Below, in pieces: positions 38,151 to 48,162 of a stretch of 64,000 bases of DNA (positions are counted from its first letter, which is position 1; every line of letters begins with the position of its first letter). A program made the translations under genes and the position numbers. The DNA is from a bacterium (GTDB lineage Bacteria; Patescibacteriota; Microgenomatia; Levybacterales; UBA12049), in assembly GCA_021777565.1 (NCBI GenBank), contig JAJYDJ010000002.1:69082-133081 (forward strand), read 5' to 3'. The notes below the pieces were generated by a model. That model searched no databases. It saw nothing but the letters and a program-made list of their open reading frames with translations, and had not been told where the DNA came from.

Positions 38151-39164
38151 TTACTTCTTTACGCGCAGAAGAATGTAGCGAAACGTGTCAGCGAAACGGT
38201 ACAGTTGATACAAGAAGGGTGATACCACCAGATCATAACTTCCCACAAACGTGTAGATATGTGACCCATATCGGACTTTAAAATCATGAAACCCATACCA
38301 AGGATCTTTTGGGTCAGCATCAGGGCCAAGCGAACCCCACATGTCAAAAAGCTCACAGTGCTGTTTCTTCCCAAACCGTATCACTTCCCACATCATTAAA
38401 TTTGGTGCCATAACATTGCGGAATTCTCTCGTAGAGTCGCCATAGGGATAGTACATCTTCTCTTTGAAAAGAAAGATGATCCATGTTGCAAGCGTTTTTT
38501 TTTCGTACATGGCCTTGAATAAATGAGCACTGAGCACATCATTGTGAGGCTCATGTGAGAGGGTTTCCCACATTTTTTTGAAATAGTTCTCAGAGTGGGC
38601 AAAAAAACCCTGTCGTTTAGTTGTTTCCTCCATGAGTGTCCAGAAGGTGTGGAGTGCTTCATCTGAATTGTCTTCAACGATTTCAACACCATGGCGCTGT
38701 GCCACCTTGATGTTATATCGCGTTTTGGGATGCATATTTTCCATGAGTGCCTTCTCATCAGGAGTCAGATCCAGAAGTAGTGTGTGCTGGGGGAAAAGTG
38801 GGTGGTGTGATGGTGTACACCCAAGACCGTGCATCAATGTCTTATTCTCTTTGCTGCTTGGCGCGTCAGGCTCAATTTGTATAAAAATACATTTATGTTT
38901 TTCTCCAATCCGTTTAAGTTGCTCAATGCTTTCTCTGTCAGGTAGTACTGACTTTGGATAGTAGCCTATTGTATAAGGAAGGCGTGGAATGGGATGAATA
39001 GTCAATTGTATTGTTTTGACAAGTTTTTTTTTCTCAAATTTCCCCATTCTTACTACTTTTACCCCTGTTTTTTCACGAAAAAGCCCCCATGAAGAGGTTT
39101 GCAATGGATGGTTTGCTATCTTGTCCATTGCTCCAAAATCTTTTTCAGTAATTTCTTGCCACAT
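38151..39164 (-). CDS. FemAB/FemX-family peptidoglycan interpeptide-bridge aminoacyltransferase
   Basis: The N-terminus ...PLQTSSWGLFREKTGVKVVRM matches the FemAB LQS..W...K pattern. Its size fits the family. Confidence 0.65.
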   Translation of the reverse strand: MWQEITEKDFGAMDKIANHPLQTSSWGLFREKTGVKVVRMGKFEKKKLVKTIQLTIHPIPRLPYTIGYYPKSVLPDRESIEQLKRIGEKHKCIFIQIEPDAPSSKENKTLMHGLGCTPSHHPLFPQHTLLLDLTPDEKALMENMHPKTRYNIKVAQRHGVEIVEDNSDEALHTFWTLMEETTKRQGFFAHSENYFKKMWETLSHEPHNDVLSAHLFKAMYEKKTLATWIIFLFKEKMYYPYGDSTREFRNVMAPNLMMWEVIRFGKKQHCELFDMWGSLGPDADPKDPWYGFHDFKVRYGSHIYTFVGSYDLVVSPFLYQLYRFADTFRYILLRVKK

Positions 39165-39165
39165 A

Positions 39166-41007
39166 TTAAAAATACTCTGGGTAAATATCGTCGTCGTATC
39201 TCTCTGTATTATATTTCATACTGTTCATACGTTGCACACCAGTTTTTGGTAAGTCCAGTAAAAAGCGAGAGATGATGCTGGTAGTTCTTTGGCCAAAAAA
39301 GAGGCGTTTTCGTGCGTAGGTCAAAAAAAGTTTCTTTTTTGCTCGCGTAATCCCTACATACGCAAGGCGTCTTTCTTCCTCAATCTCCTGTTTGTCCATA
39401 AGTGATCTGCTATGGGGGAAAATCCCTTCCTCCATCCCTATCATGAAGACAATTGGGAATTCCAACCCTTTTGCCGCGTGAAGGGTCATAAACGTGACGG
39501 CGTCAGTCTCTACCAGTCCGGGGGCACTTTCTTGCTCAACAAGTGAAACATTTTCAAGAAATTCAGTCAGCAGGGGGAACATACTCGCAACAGAGCGGAG
39601 TTCTTTAATGTTTTCAAGCCTTGCCCTGTCTTCTTCATCGTGTTCGTCATACATATCAAGGTAATTGGTTGCCGCAATCACCTCATCAAGAATATCTAAG
39701 GTCTGTTTCCCTGAAATGCCAGCAATACTTTCACAATAGTCTAAGAATTTTTTTGTTCTTCCCTTTCCAAGCTTCTCAACACGCTTGAAAGAGACACTGT
39801 CTTGTGGATTAGCAATACTGCGTAGTAAGCTCAAAACGTCTTTGACTTCTTTTCTCTCATAAAATCTGGTGCCTCCGACTAATTTATAAGGGATGCCATA
39901 ATGTAAAAAAACTTCTTCAAGAGCGCGTGATTGAGCATTCATGCGATACAACACTGCAATGTCGCTGAGATCACCGGCATGTTCTTTGACGTATTTGGCA
40001 ATAAACAGTGCTTCATCTTGCTCTGTCCCACATTCATGAACAATAACATCTTCTCCTTCGCCATTTTCAGTCCATAGATGAAGAATTGGATGGGATGTGT
40101 TTTTTTCAATGACGTTGGTGGCGGCATTTAAAATTTTTTGGGTTGATCGATAATTTTGAGAAAGTTTATAGACTTTTGCAGTAGGGAAATCTGATTGGAA
40201 TTTTTGCAAATTGGTAAAATCAGCACCACGCCAGGAGTAAATACTCTGAGAGAAATCGCCGACAACGCACAGGTTTTTTCTCTCTCCGGCAAGGAGTCGT
40301 GCAATCATGTATTGGGCTTTATTCGTATCCTGATACTCATCAATGAGGATATAGTGAAAAGTCTCTTGGTATTTTTTTAGAATCTGAGGAAAATTCTCAA
40401 AAAGGTTCACGACAAGCATGAGAAGATCATCGAAATCAACAGCATTTTTCTCTTTAAGAAGCCTTTGATAGGTTCGATATACTAACCCGGCCGTCTCTTG
40501 ATAATGGCCTCTGGCAATCTCAGAGAATTCTTGGGGACCCAGTAGCTCGTTTTTGGCTCCTGAAATAGTAGCCAGCATGCTCCCAGGCTTATATTCTTTA
40601 GTAGAAATATCAAGAAAATGCATGGCTTCTTTAATGACGTCTTCCTGATCTGATGAATCATAGATGCTGAAAGCAGTTTCATATCCAAGGTGATTGGCGT
40701 AGATACGTAATATTCGTGCACATAATGAATGGAATGTCGCTACAAGAGGTTTATCACTGGTAACCTGTTGCTCTCTAAGAAGTGTGTGGATACGTTCCTG
40801 CATCTCCTTGGCAGCCTTATTTGTAAACGTGACCGCCAGGATTTCATTTGCCGATACATGATGATTGGCAATAAGGTATGCGACCCGATGGGTAAGAACT
40901 TTTGTCTTTCCACTGCCTGCTCCCGCCAAAATAATACAAGGGCCATCTGTATGTGTTACTGCTTCTTGTTGATCTTGATTAAGCTGCTTGAGAAGTGAAT
41001 CATTCAT
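39166..41007 (-). CDS. pcrA: ATP-dependent DNA helicase PcrA/UvrD
   Basis: AGAGSGKTKVLTHRVAYLI...AVTFTNKAA and helicase motifs II-VI are present. The start was chosen at MNDSLLKQ to avoid a divergent overlap with tpiA. Confidence 0.9.
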   Translation of the reverse strand: MNDSLLKQLNQDQQEAVTHTDGPCIILAGAGSGKTKVLTHRVAYLIANHHVSANEILAVTFTNKAAKEMQERIHTLLREQQVTSDKPLVATFHSLCARILRIYANHLGYETAFSIYDSSDQEDVIKEAMHFLDISTKEYKPGSMLATISGAKNELLGPQEFSEIARGHYQETAGLVYRTYQRLLKEKNAVDFDDLLMLVVNLFENFPQILKKYQETFHYILIDEYQDTNKAQYMIARLLAGERKNLCVVGDFSQSIYSWRGADFTNLQKFQSDFPTAKVYKLSQNYRSTQKILNAATNVIEKNTSHPILHLWTENGEGEDVIVHECGTEQDEALFIAKYVKEHAGDLSDIAVLYRMNAQSRALEEVFLHYGIPYKLVGGTRFYERKEVKDVLSLLRSIANPQDSVSFKRVEKLGKGRTKKFLDYCESIAGISGKQTLDILDEVIAATNYLDMYDEHDEEDRARLENIKELRSVASMFPLLTEFLENVSLVEQESAPGLVETDAVTFMTLHAAKGLEFPIVFMIGMEEGIFPHSRSLMDKQEIEEERRLAYVGITRAKKKLFLTYARKRLFFGQRTTSIISRFLLDLPKTGVQRMNSMKYNTERYDDDIYPEYF

Positions 41008-41048
41008 AGATATAATGAAAAGACGATAGCCTCGTACCCTATTGTACC

Positions 41049-41702
41049 ATGAAGCCACTTGTTATTATTGCGAATTGGAAATCACATAAAACGTCTGCAG
41101 AGGCACTTTCCTGGTGGCAGGTCTTTTCAGAGAAGCATCAACCAGATACGACGATAATTATTCTTGCCGTGCCTTATACACTCCTCCCTATTCTTGCGCC
41201 TGTTGTTTCCAGTCGACCCGATGTCTTTTTGGCAGCACAAGATATGTCTCCGTTTGATGAAAGTGCTCATACAGGAGAGGTGTCTGGGCAGCAAATTAAA
41301 GAATTTGCAAAATATGTCCTCATTGGCCATTCAGAAGTGAGAAAAGAGACTGGAGAAACAGTAGATATGCGCAGGCAAAAGATCCTGCAGGCTCAAGTCT
41401 CAGGGTTGACCCCTTTTGTTTTCTACGGTGGAACTGACGATACGTTATTGCAGTCGCCATTTCTTGTCTATGAACCGCCTGGTGCGATCAGTCCAAACCC
41501 TCCTGAGACACCAGAGGAGGTTGCCCGTATGACAGAGGCAATGCATCTATCATCACCCGAATCAAGGATACTCTATGGTGGTAATGTCACCCCAGAGAAT
41601 GTAAAATCTTATGTGACGCTGCCCCTTGTTGAAGGGGTTGTTATCGGGCGAGCGAGTCTGGACCCACTTGAGTTTTTGGAACTAATAGCACATGCACAAT
41701 AG
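41049..41702 (+). CDS. tpiA: Triosephosphate isomerase (short form)
   Basis: The start IIANWKSHKT, the His region VLIGHSEVR and YEPPGAI are present. Confidence 0.75.
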   Translation: MKPLVIIANWKSHKTSAEALSWWQVFSEKHQPDTTIIILAVPYTLLPILAPVVSSRPDVFLAAQDMSPFDESAHTGEVSGQQIKEFAKYVLIGHSEVRKETGETVDMRRQKILQAQVSGLTPFVFYGGTDDTLLQSPFLVYEPPGAISPNPPETPEEVARMTEAMHLSSPESRILYGGNVTPENVKSYVTLPLVEGVVIGRASLDPLEFLELIAHAQ

Positions 41703-42873
41703 ACGCAAAAGACGATGGATTCCACTTGTTGTGACACTCCTTGTTGTAGGGGTTATTGGTTATGCTCTCTTCCAGACTATCAACCACCCGGGGAAAGTTA
41801 TGCAATTGGTGACTGGGAAAAAATCACTGATTGCAGAAGTGAATGGGAGAACAAACGTGCTGCTTCTTGGAATTGGTGGAGGCAATCATGATGGTCCTAA
41901 TTTGACGGACACAATCATGTTGGCATCTCTGGACCGAGCGACAAATGATGTAACACTCGTCTCTATCCCACGTGATCTTTGGACTGTAGATAGTAATGGC
42001 AACGGAGGTAAGATCAACAGAATGTATGCGGTCGGGCAGGAAGTAGATAACCCCAAAGATGGTCTTTTTCTTGCTTCACAAACGGTTACTCAGGTGACAG
42101 GACAACCTATTCAATACGCATTTCGACTCGATTTTGATGGATTCACAAAAGTAATTAATCTCCTTGGTGGCATTGATGTACAGGTGGAGCGAACGCTTGA
42201 TGATTATGCCTACCCAATTGAAGGGAAAGAAGATGATACCTGTGGATATACGCCAGATCAACTCAAGGAATTCGCCGCTCAAATTGCCTCAGGGAGCGCA
42301 GATGATACCGCGATTTTTAGTTGCCGATACATGCATCTGCATGTTGATAAAGGGTTACAACATATGGATGGAGATCTTGCTCTTCGATTTGTCAGATCTC
42401 GACATGCTGCCGGTCCTGAAGGGACAGACTTTGCCAGAAGTCATAGGCAACAGCTTGTTATTGAAGCGGTACGAAATAAAATTTTCTCCATAGGGACTCT
42501 CACGGATATAAATAAGCTAATGGGCTTGTATAACATTGTTCAGAGCAGTATTGATACCAATATCCCACAAAATACGATCCCAGAATGGGTAGATATTCTT
42601 AGGGGTATGCAAAAGACTGCAATCCATACGGCTGTCATTGACTTTGGAGATAGTGACACCGGAAGATATGGATTGTTGGATTTGGCACCAATAGAGGCAC
42701 AATATAACTATGGATCAGTATTAATTCCTCGTCTTGGAGGTACGGATTACTCGGAGATTCATGCCTTTGTTACCTGCGAACTTGCGACTGGGAACTGCCC
42801 AATTGGGCCAACACCATTTGCAAGTCCTGAACCAACGGCAACTCCAAGTGGAACTCTAAAGCAGGCAAAGTAA
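41692..42873 (+). CDS. LytR-CpsA-Psr (LCP) family cell-wall glycopolymer ligase
   Basis: An N-terminal TM anchor is followed by LLLGIGGGNHDGPNLTDTIMLASLD...VSIPRDLW. Confidence 0.85.
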   Translation: MHNRRKRRWIPLVVTLLVVGVIGYALFQTINHPGKVMQLVTGKKSLIAEVNGRTNVLLLGIGGGNHDGPNLTDTIMLASLDRATNDVTLVSIPRDLWTVDSNGNGGKINRMYAVGQEVDNPKDGLFLASQTVTQVTGQPIQYAFRLDFDGFTKVINLLGGIDVQVERTLDDYAYPIEGKEDDTCGYTPDQLKEFAAQIASGSADDTAIFSCRYMHLHVDKGLQHMDGDLALRFVRSRHAAGPEGTDFARSHRQQLVIEAVRNKIFSIGTLTDINKLMGLYNIVQSSIDTNIPQNTIPEWVDILRGMQKTAIHTAVIDFGDSDTGRYGLLDLAPIEAQYNYGSVLIPRLGGTDYSEIHAFVTCELATGNCPIGPTPFASPEPTATPSGTLKQAK

Positions 42874-42893
42874 CTCTCCTGGATCTATTAAAA

Positions 42894-45005
42894 CTACTGT
42901 ATTTGGAAGATCTGTGTATCTTGATTGGAGTAGATGAGTGTTCCCATTTGATAGAATTTGTCTTCATTCAGATTGGTGTATTTCTTTCTTTCCAGCCCGC
43001 CAATATATATGAGGGTGACATTGTATTTTTGCATAAGAGATTTGGCAGTTGCTATATCGGTTGTCTCATAGATCGTCTGGATGTCCTGCATGCGTGGTGG
43101 GAGAGGGTTATAGCTTCCGCGCCATAACCACTCATGTACTGTCCATCCAAGTACGGTGGGCAACCCCGTATTGGCTGAAATGCGTGCATAGTTTGTATAT
43201 GAGTCACCTTGTGCCTCCAGGATAACTGGTTGTCCAGTAATGTTGTGATTTAGCCATATTACTGCTGCATAGTCTTGTGGATAGTCGTTGGCAAGATAGG
43301 TAAGTCCATACAGCCCACTGGGAGGTGTTGAAAAATTATAATATCCAGGAATTGCAAGATATGGATAAATAAGTGCAGGGGTAATAAGAATAAGGGAGGC
43401 TAAAAGAAAAGGAAGGACATAGATTCTCTTGAGTGACTTTGCAATACGAGCTATCGTATATGCGCTTGCCATACCAAAAAGCATGAAGGACTGATAGGTG
43501 AGTTTAAACATCGTGTTTGCACGGTAGTGCTCAGGGTAAATGTCTTTCATATAGAGGAATTCTGGAATGAGGACTAAAATAAAACCAACTGCAAAAAGAC
43601 AAATCACGAAGATATCAATTGGATTTTGTTGTTTTTTCTGTCTCTTCATAAAGAAAAGAAAACTGATAAACAGAATGAAAGGAATTCCCCAAAGAATAAA
43701 GAGCTGATACAGAGGGGACCTCTGGCAGTGGTTTGGCTCAAAAAGAAACGGCCCAAGGTGCCCAATATTTGTGAGGAAGGTAGGTGCACATAAGACGCCA
43801 ATGCCTGAGACAAGCTCACTCGCATTGAAAAATGCAGAAAAAGGGCGGGAGAGGATGAAAAATGTGAGTAAAGGAACACCCAAATGGATTGCCATACTCT
43901 TCCAATCATCTTTAATAAATACCAGAAGTAGGACAATCCAGAATCCAAAATAAATGAGACTATCCCATGCGTTGGTCATGTACATAATAGACAGTAAAAA
44001 GCCTAAAAATACGAGAAAATAAACATGCTGGCGTTGCAATTTTTGATTTATATAGTCTTTGACATAGATAAAGGCAAGGCCAACAAAAAGAAGTACATTT
44101 GGAATATCTAAAACATGCCCATGCAGGTCAGAAACAATAAATGAATAGATAGGGAATTCATGGATAGTATGATAAATAAAGCGTGTTGCATTTGGATACC
44201 AATAGCTATTTGGAAATGTGAATGGACTAAATACTAATTGCCACAGTGGGACTGGGTTCTCATTCGGATAGGCCACGAAAAACGCATAGAGACTGTGTAA
44301 GTTTCCTCCACAGGCGACAAGAAATCCCCCAATGAGTCCGGCAATAGTACTTGCTATCGCAAGCGAACGGGCCATGGTCTTGCCACTGAGAACAAGTCGT
44401 GTGAGATTCGTGACCAGAGAAAATGAGAGAGTAAACGTGAATGAGAAAAGAGTCGCGAGCATGAGGTTATAGGTGATGGCACTATCTAAAAATGATAGTT
44501 TTGTGATTACAGCAGTAGTGAGGTGTCCGAAATAGTAGTAATTGATTGGCAACGGTGCATACCACATGTCTTTAGGGGGAAAGTATGTCGTTCTAAGAAT
44601 GGTATTTAAGAATCCAAAGTCCATATATTTTTCTAGCCCAAAAATGTCTGGCTGGAAGCTCCTTACCTGTGCCCAAACACAAAGAAGTGCAAAAAAGAGG
44701 ATTTCCTCTCCAAGAAAAACGCGGATGTCTTTTGATGTAATACGTTTATCCCAATATAGGAGATTGATTGCAAGAAGAAAGCCCATCACGCCTATAATAG
44801 TGTAATGAGTAAACGGGAGTAGATGAAAAATTCCAAGAATAAAGACAAGAAAACTTGTTGTGGTGAGCGAAAAAACCTTTGCAAAAAGGTACCCTTTGTC
44901 AAAAAAAGAGGCAAAGACACGTGTTGTAATGGGGATGAAAATGATCCCACTGATAAAAAGCCAAAACCACCAGATAATAAGTGATTGAAAGTCAATCTGT
45001 GTCAT
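42894..45005 (-). CDS. DUF2298 / Chlor_Arch_YYY-family polytopic membrane protein (putative GT-C-like glycosyltransferase)
   Basis: There are about 20 TM helices. The conserved stretch PLPINYYYFGHL carries the eponymous YYY motif. Confidence 0.55.
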   Translation of the reverse strand: MTQIDFQSLIIWWFWLFISGIIFIPITTRVFASFFDKGYLFAKVFSLTTTSFLVFILGIFHLLPFTHYTIIGVMGFLLAINLLYWDKRITSKDIRVFLGEEILFFALLCVWAQVRSFQPDIFGLEKYMDFGFLNTILRTTYFPPKDMWYAPLPINYYYFGHLTTAVITKLSFLDSAITYNLMLATLFSFTFTLSFSLVTNLTRLVLSGKTMARSLAIASTIAGLIGGFLVACGGNLHSLYAFFVAYPNENPVPLWQLVFSPFTFPNSYWYPNATRFIYHTIHEFPIYSFIVSDLHGHVLDIPNVLLFVGLAFIYVKDYINQKLQRQHVYFLVFLGFLLSIMYMTNAWDSLIYFGFWIVLLLVFIKDDWKSMAIHLGVPLLTFFILSRPFSAFFNASELVSGIGVLCAPTFLTNIGHLGPFLFEPNHCQRSPLYQLFILWGIPFILFISFLFFMKRQKKQQNPIDIFVICLFAVGFILVLIPEFLYMKDIYPEHYRANTMFKLTYQSFMLFGMASAYTIARIAKSLKRIYVLPFLLASLILITPALIYPYLAIPGYYNFSTPPSGLYGLTYLANDYPQDYAAVIWLNHNITGQPVILEAQGDSYTNYARISANTGLPTVLGWTVHEWLWRGSYNPLPPRMQDIQTIYETTDIATAKSLMQKYNVTLIYIGGLERKKYTNLNEDKFYQMGTLIYSNQDTQIFQIQ

Positions 45006-45019
45006 AGTGATAGTATATC

Positions 45020-45565
45020 TTATCTCTTATTTGCTATATCTTGAATATCTGTTGTTGCAAAGAGATTAGGGAGTATTTTTTTATTCTCAGTATGGTTGTA
45101 CCAGAAAAAGAGCGTCTGCGGATTTTTGTGTGCCAGATAGGTTACTAGGGCAAGATCATCATCAATATACCGTTCAATTTTTTTCTTTTTTATCATCATG
45201 TCTTTAAAAAAGTGTGGTTGCTCGTTTTCGAAGTTAAAGAAAAGTTCGGTGAACACATCAGTGAGCCCATACTTTTTTGCAAGGGCATGTGTTTGACGTT
45301 TTAAAAATCCGAACCTGCTTGAGATGAGATAAAGCTCATGCTTATTCTCATTGTGCAGTTTTTGAAGAAAGGACAGGTTTCTTTTAATTGGAAGTCGAAG
45401 GAAAGGAAGGTGTAATAGTTGTCTACCTTTTTGCTCAATCTTACCTGGAATGCGATACCTGAGTGTTGTATGATCTTTCTCTTTATAAAATGTGTCAAAC
45501 ACCCATTCGGGAACTACAGGTGGATAGTGAATAATGACGTTATCCAGGTCAAATCCGAGTCTCAT
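45020..45565 (-). CDS. HAD-superfamily hydrolase (5'(3')-deoxyribonucleotidase-like)
   Basis: Motif I FDLDNV lies at the N-terminus, and a late Lys / DDD motif is present. The start was chosen at MRLGFDLDN to abut the upstream stop. Confidence 0.5.
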   Translation of the reverse strand: MRLGFDLDNVIIHYPPVVPEWVFDTFYKEKDHTTLRYRIPGKIEQKGRQLLHLPFLRLPIKRNLSFLQKLHNENKHELYLISSRFGFLKRQTHALAKKYGLTDVFTELFFNFENEQPHFFKDMMIKKKKIERYIDDDLALVTYLAHKNPQTLFFWYNHTENKKILPNLFATTDIQDIANKR

Positions 45566-46605
45566 GGTAACAATCTCTCGATCACATCGAGGATTCCGAA
45601 GTTCCATCCAACTCGATGGGTCATACCTTTCCTGTTTTTGATTTCCTCACGATGTTTGGCATACCAGTCGTATGACTCAATGAGCAAGTCTTTATCAGAT
45701 TTTTGTGCTTTCCAGCCAAGTAGCTTTTCGGCTTTTTCTGTTGAAACGTAAGAATCTACCGGTAAGGTTCTGTAGTGCCATTCTGCAATAGGAGAGAGGT
45801 TCAGTTTATCAAAGAGCGCCAATATAATCTGAGATGGCTTAACAGGGAGACCAAGTATTCTTGATTTTGATTTCGCAAATTTGATTGTGGCACCAAGGTC
45901 TTCATTCCATGTCCCAAAGTTCTTTGCACCAATATTAAATGTCTCTCCATGAACTTTTGCTGTCAGTGCTTTAAGGATTGCATCTGCAATGTCTCCAACC
46001 CAGAGAAGCTGGTATTTATTATTCCCATCGCCTAAAATGACCACTGGTTTCCCTGTATAGATGGCGTCAAACCAGATTTGAAACACACCAAGTCTCTCCA
46101 CTCCCAGAAATGTCTTTGGGCGAATGATATTACATTGCAGCCCTTCTTTTTCGTATGCACGACAAAGGTTCTCTCCTGCGATTTTAGATTCACCATAATA
46201 CCCAATTGGATCAAGTGGAGCTTCTTCAGTTTCTGGCCATACTTTTGGTACGCCATAGACGGCAGTAGAAGAGATATAAACAAGGCGCTTTATCTTTTGT
46301 TTTTTTGCTGCAAGCAATACTTTCTCAGTCCCATAAATGTTGGTGCTGAATATTTTTTCTTTGGTTCTTTGAATTGGGAGGGCTGCTGCCGCATGGACAA
46401 CATAATCAATCCCTTTCAGTGCTTTTGTGATGCTTTCTTGATCTCTTACGTCTGCTTGGACGACAGTCACTTTGTCTTTGAGATCTTCTGCGGTGAGAGG
46501 GGCTATATCATACAACGTGACATCATATCCTTGTTTGAGGGCCAGACGAGCAACGTGGCAGCCCAGGAAGCCGGTGCCGCCAGTAATCAGAAGTTTCTTC
46601 ATCAT
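45562..46605 (-). CDS. NAD-dependent nucleotide-sugar epimerase/dehydratase (extended SDR)
   Basis: LLITGGTGFLGCHVARLA and YxxxK are present. Confidence 0.85.
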   Translation of the reverse strand: MMKKLLITGGTGFLGCHVARLALKQGYDVTLYDIAPLTAEDLKDKVTVVQADVRDQESITKALKGIDYVVHAAAALPIQRTKEKIFSTNIYGTEKVLLAAKKQKIKRLVYISSTAVYGVPKVWPETEEAPLDPIGYYGESKIAGENLCRAYEKEGLQCNIIRPKTFLGVERLGVFQIWFDAIYTGKPVVILGDGNNKYQLLWVGDIADAILKALTAKVHGETFNIGAKNFGTWNEDLGATIKFAKSKSRILGLPVKPSQIILALFDKLNLSPIAEWHYRTLPVDSYVSTEKAEKLLGWKAQKSDKDLLIESYDWYAKHREEIKNRKGMTHRVGWNFGILDVIERLLP

Positions 46606-46607
46606 AC

Positions 46608-48161
46608 TTATTGTACTATCTCTCCTATTTCGAATGCAATTGATTTATTGGGGTAGTAAACAGTATGTTCTAGTTTGAAGTGGTATTGTGGATGCTTGCT
46701 CAGATAATCTGGAGTAAGTGCAAAAAGCTGTTTTGTCCCCAGAATCTGTTTGTCCTCGACCTGTCCAATACTGCATTGAGGACACCCTTGTGGCGCATAG
46801 AATTTAAGAAAAATACTAGGTGCATTGAATTCAGGCTGGAGAACAAGGTCATGATACTCATGTTGATGAGCAACAAAATACGTCATGACGTCCCTTGCTC
46901 CATATTGCCAGCCCCAGAAATCTGAAGAGTAGGCGTTATAGTGGGTAACATAGGCCTGTGTGTAGGTGAAAACTGAAAGAATAATAGCTATCCCGGTGAG
47001 AACAATAACTCCGTCTGAAAAGTATTGCCTGACTGCTTGAAGTCGTCTTATGAGGTGCACCATTCCCATTGCTGTGAGAATTTGCAAAGGAATAACCCCA
47101 ATGATCGATCGTGTTGCTTGAGGGGTGTTATCCAAGGTAAACATGCTTCCCAGGGGATACAGGAGCAGCCAAAGCAGAAGAAAGATTCCTGACTTTGTTG
47201 GTTTCCTGATTATTTCGATAACAGCCCAAAGGATAAATGGTAGTTGGATAAAAAATAGTTCTCCAAAGCCTTTTACTGAGTGCCTAGTGATAAATTGCCC
47301 TGGCATATCAATATCACCTTTGAGAAAGAGAAAGTCGGCTGAGAAATGCTGGAAATAACTTGATGCAATATGCTCAAGAGTCGTCCCTGTTGTTGGTGGA
47401 TGGGCAAAGATACTTACTTGATTCCACCTTGCCAGCCCGGAATCGGAGAAGAAATTCTGAAAGAAAGGTAAGAGTATGTACCCAAGGAGAATTGCACCAA
47501 AAATAACATGTTTGTAATGTGTACGCAGAAAGGTTCGATACATAATAAGAAGCCCTATCCCAAGTGCTGGAATAAACAGTCTTGCAGGAAAGTAACTATA
47601 GAAAGCGAGTGCAAAACAGAGAATTGAAGGGAAAAGAAATCGTATGTTTCTTTGTGCGCGCAGGAATAGATAACTTGCGAGTGTGGTGAAAAAGACATAT
47701 GGCATTAATCCTTCAAGTGCTACCCTACTAAAATGGATATCCCAGGGGGAGATAGCCAGTGAAAACATTGCTAGAAACGCTAGCATCTCTTTATTTTTGT
47801 CTGTGTGAAAAAGTTCTCTGGTTAATAAGAAAATGGCAATAAGCCCAAGCGTACCATAGAGGGCAGAAGGGAGCCTGGTGGCAAACTCGTTTAACCCGAA
47901 AACAGCAATGCTTGGGACCGTGCTGTATATTTCAATTGGGCCTTTATATTCACCAAAAGCCCTAAAGAAAACTGGGAAAACAGTACCAAACTCATCCTTC
48001 CCTTGGGTGAGGATGGTGTAGGCATTATATCCGATAGATGCTTCATCACAAAAAAACCCTGCTGGGATCGCGCCGAGTTTATAGAAACGAAGAGAAACTC
48101 CAATCAAGAGAATGCCTAAGAATATGAGGCTTGCTGCAAAGATTTGTATGTGCTTTTTCAT
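46608..48161 (-). CDS. GT-C glycosyltransferase, family 39-like (PMT_2 / ArnT-like)
   Basis: FFCDEASIGYNAY...FGEYKGPIEIY...EFATRLPSALYGTLGLIAIFLLTREL matches the PMT_2 N-terminal loop with its DE motif. Confidence 0.7.
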   Translation of the reverse strand: MKKHIQIFAASLIFLGILLIGVSLRFYKLGAIPAGFFCDEASIGYNAYTILTQGKDEFGTVFPVFFRAFGEYKGPIEIYSTVPSIAVFGLNEFATRLPSALYGTLGLIAIFLLTRELFHTDKNKEMLAFLAMFSLAISPWDIHFSRVALEGLMPYVFFTTLASYLFLRAQRNIRFLFPSILCFALAFYSYFPARLFIPALGIGLLIMYRTFLRTHYKHVIFGAILLGYILLPFFQNFFSDSGLARWNQVSIFAHPPTTGTTLEHIASSYFQHFSADFLFLKGDIDMPGQFITRHSVKGFGELFFIQLPFILWAVIEIIRKPTKSGIFLLLWLLLYPLGSMFTLDNTPQATRSIIGVIPLQILTAMGMVHLIRRLQAVRQYFSDGVIVLTGIAIILSVFTYTQAYVTHYNAYSSDFWGWQYGARDVMTYFVAHQHEYHDLVLQPEFNAPSIFLKFYAPQGCPQCSIGQVEDKQILGTKQLFALTPDYLSKHPQYHFKLEHTVYYPNKSIAFEIGEIVQ

Positions 48162-48162
48162 A

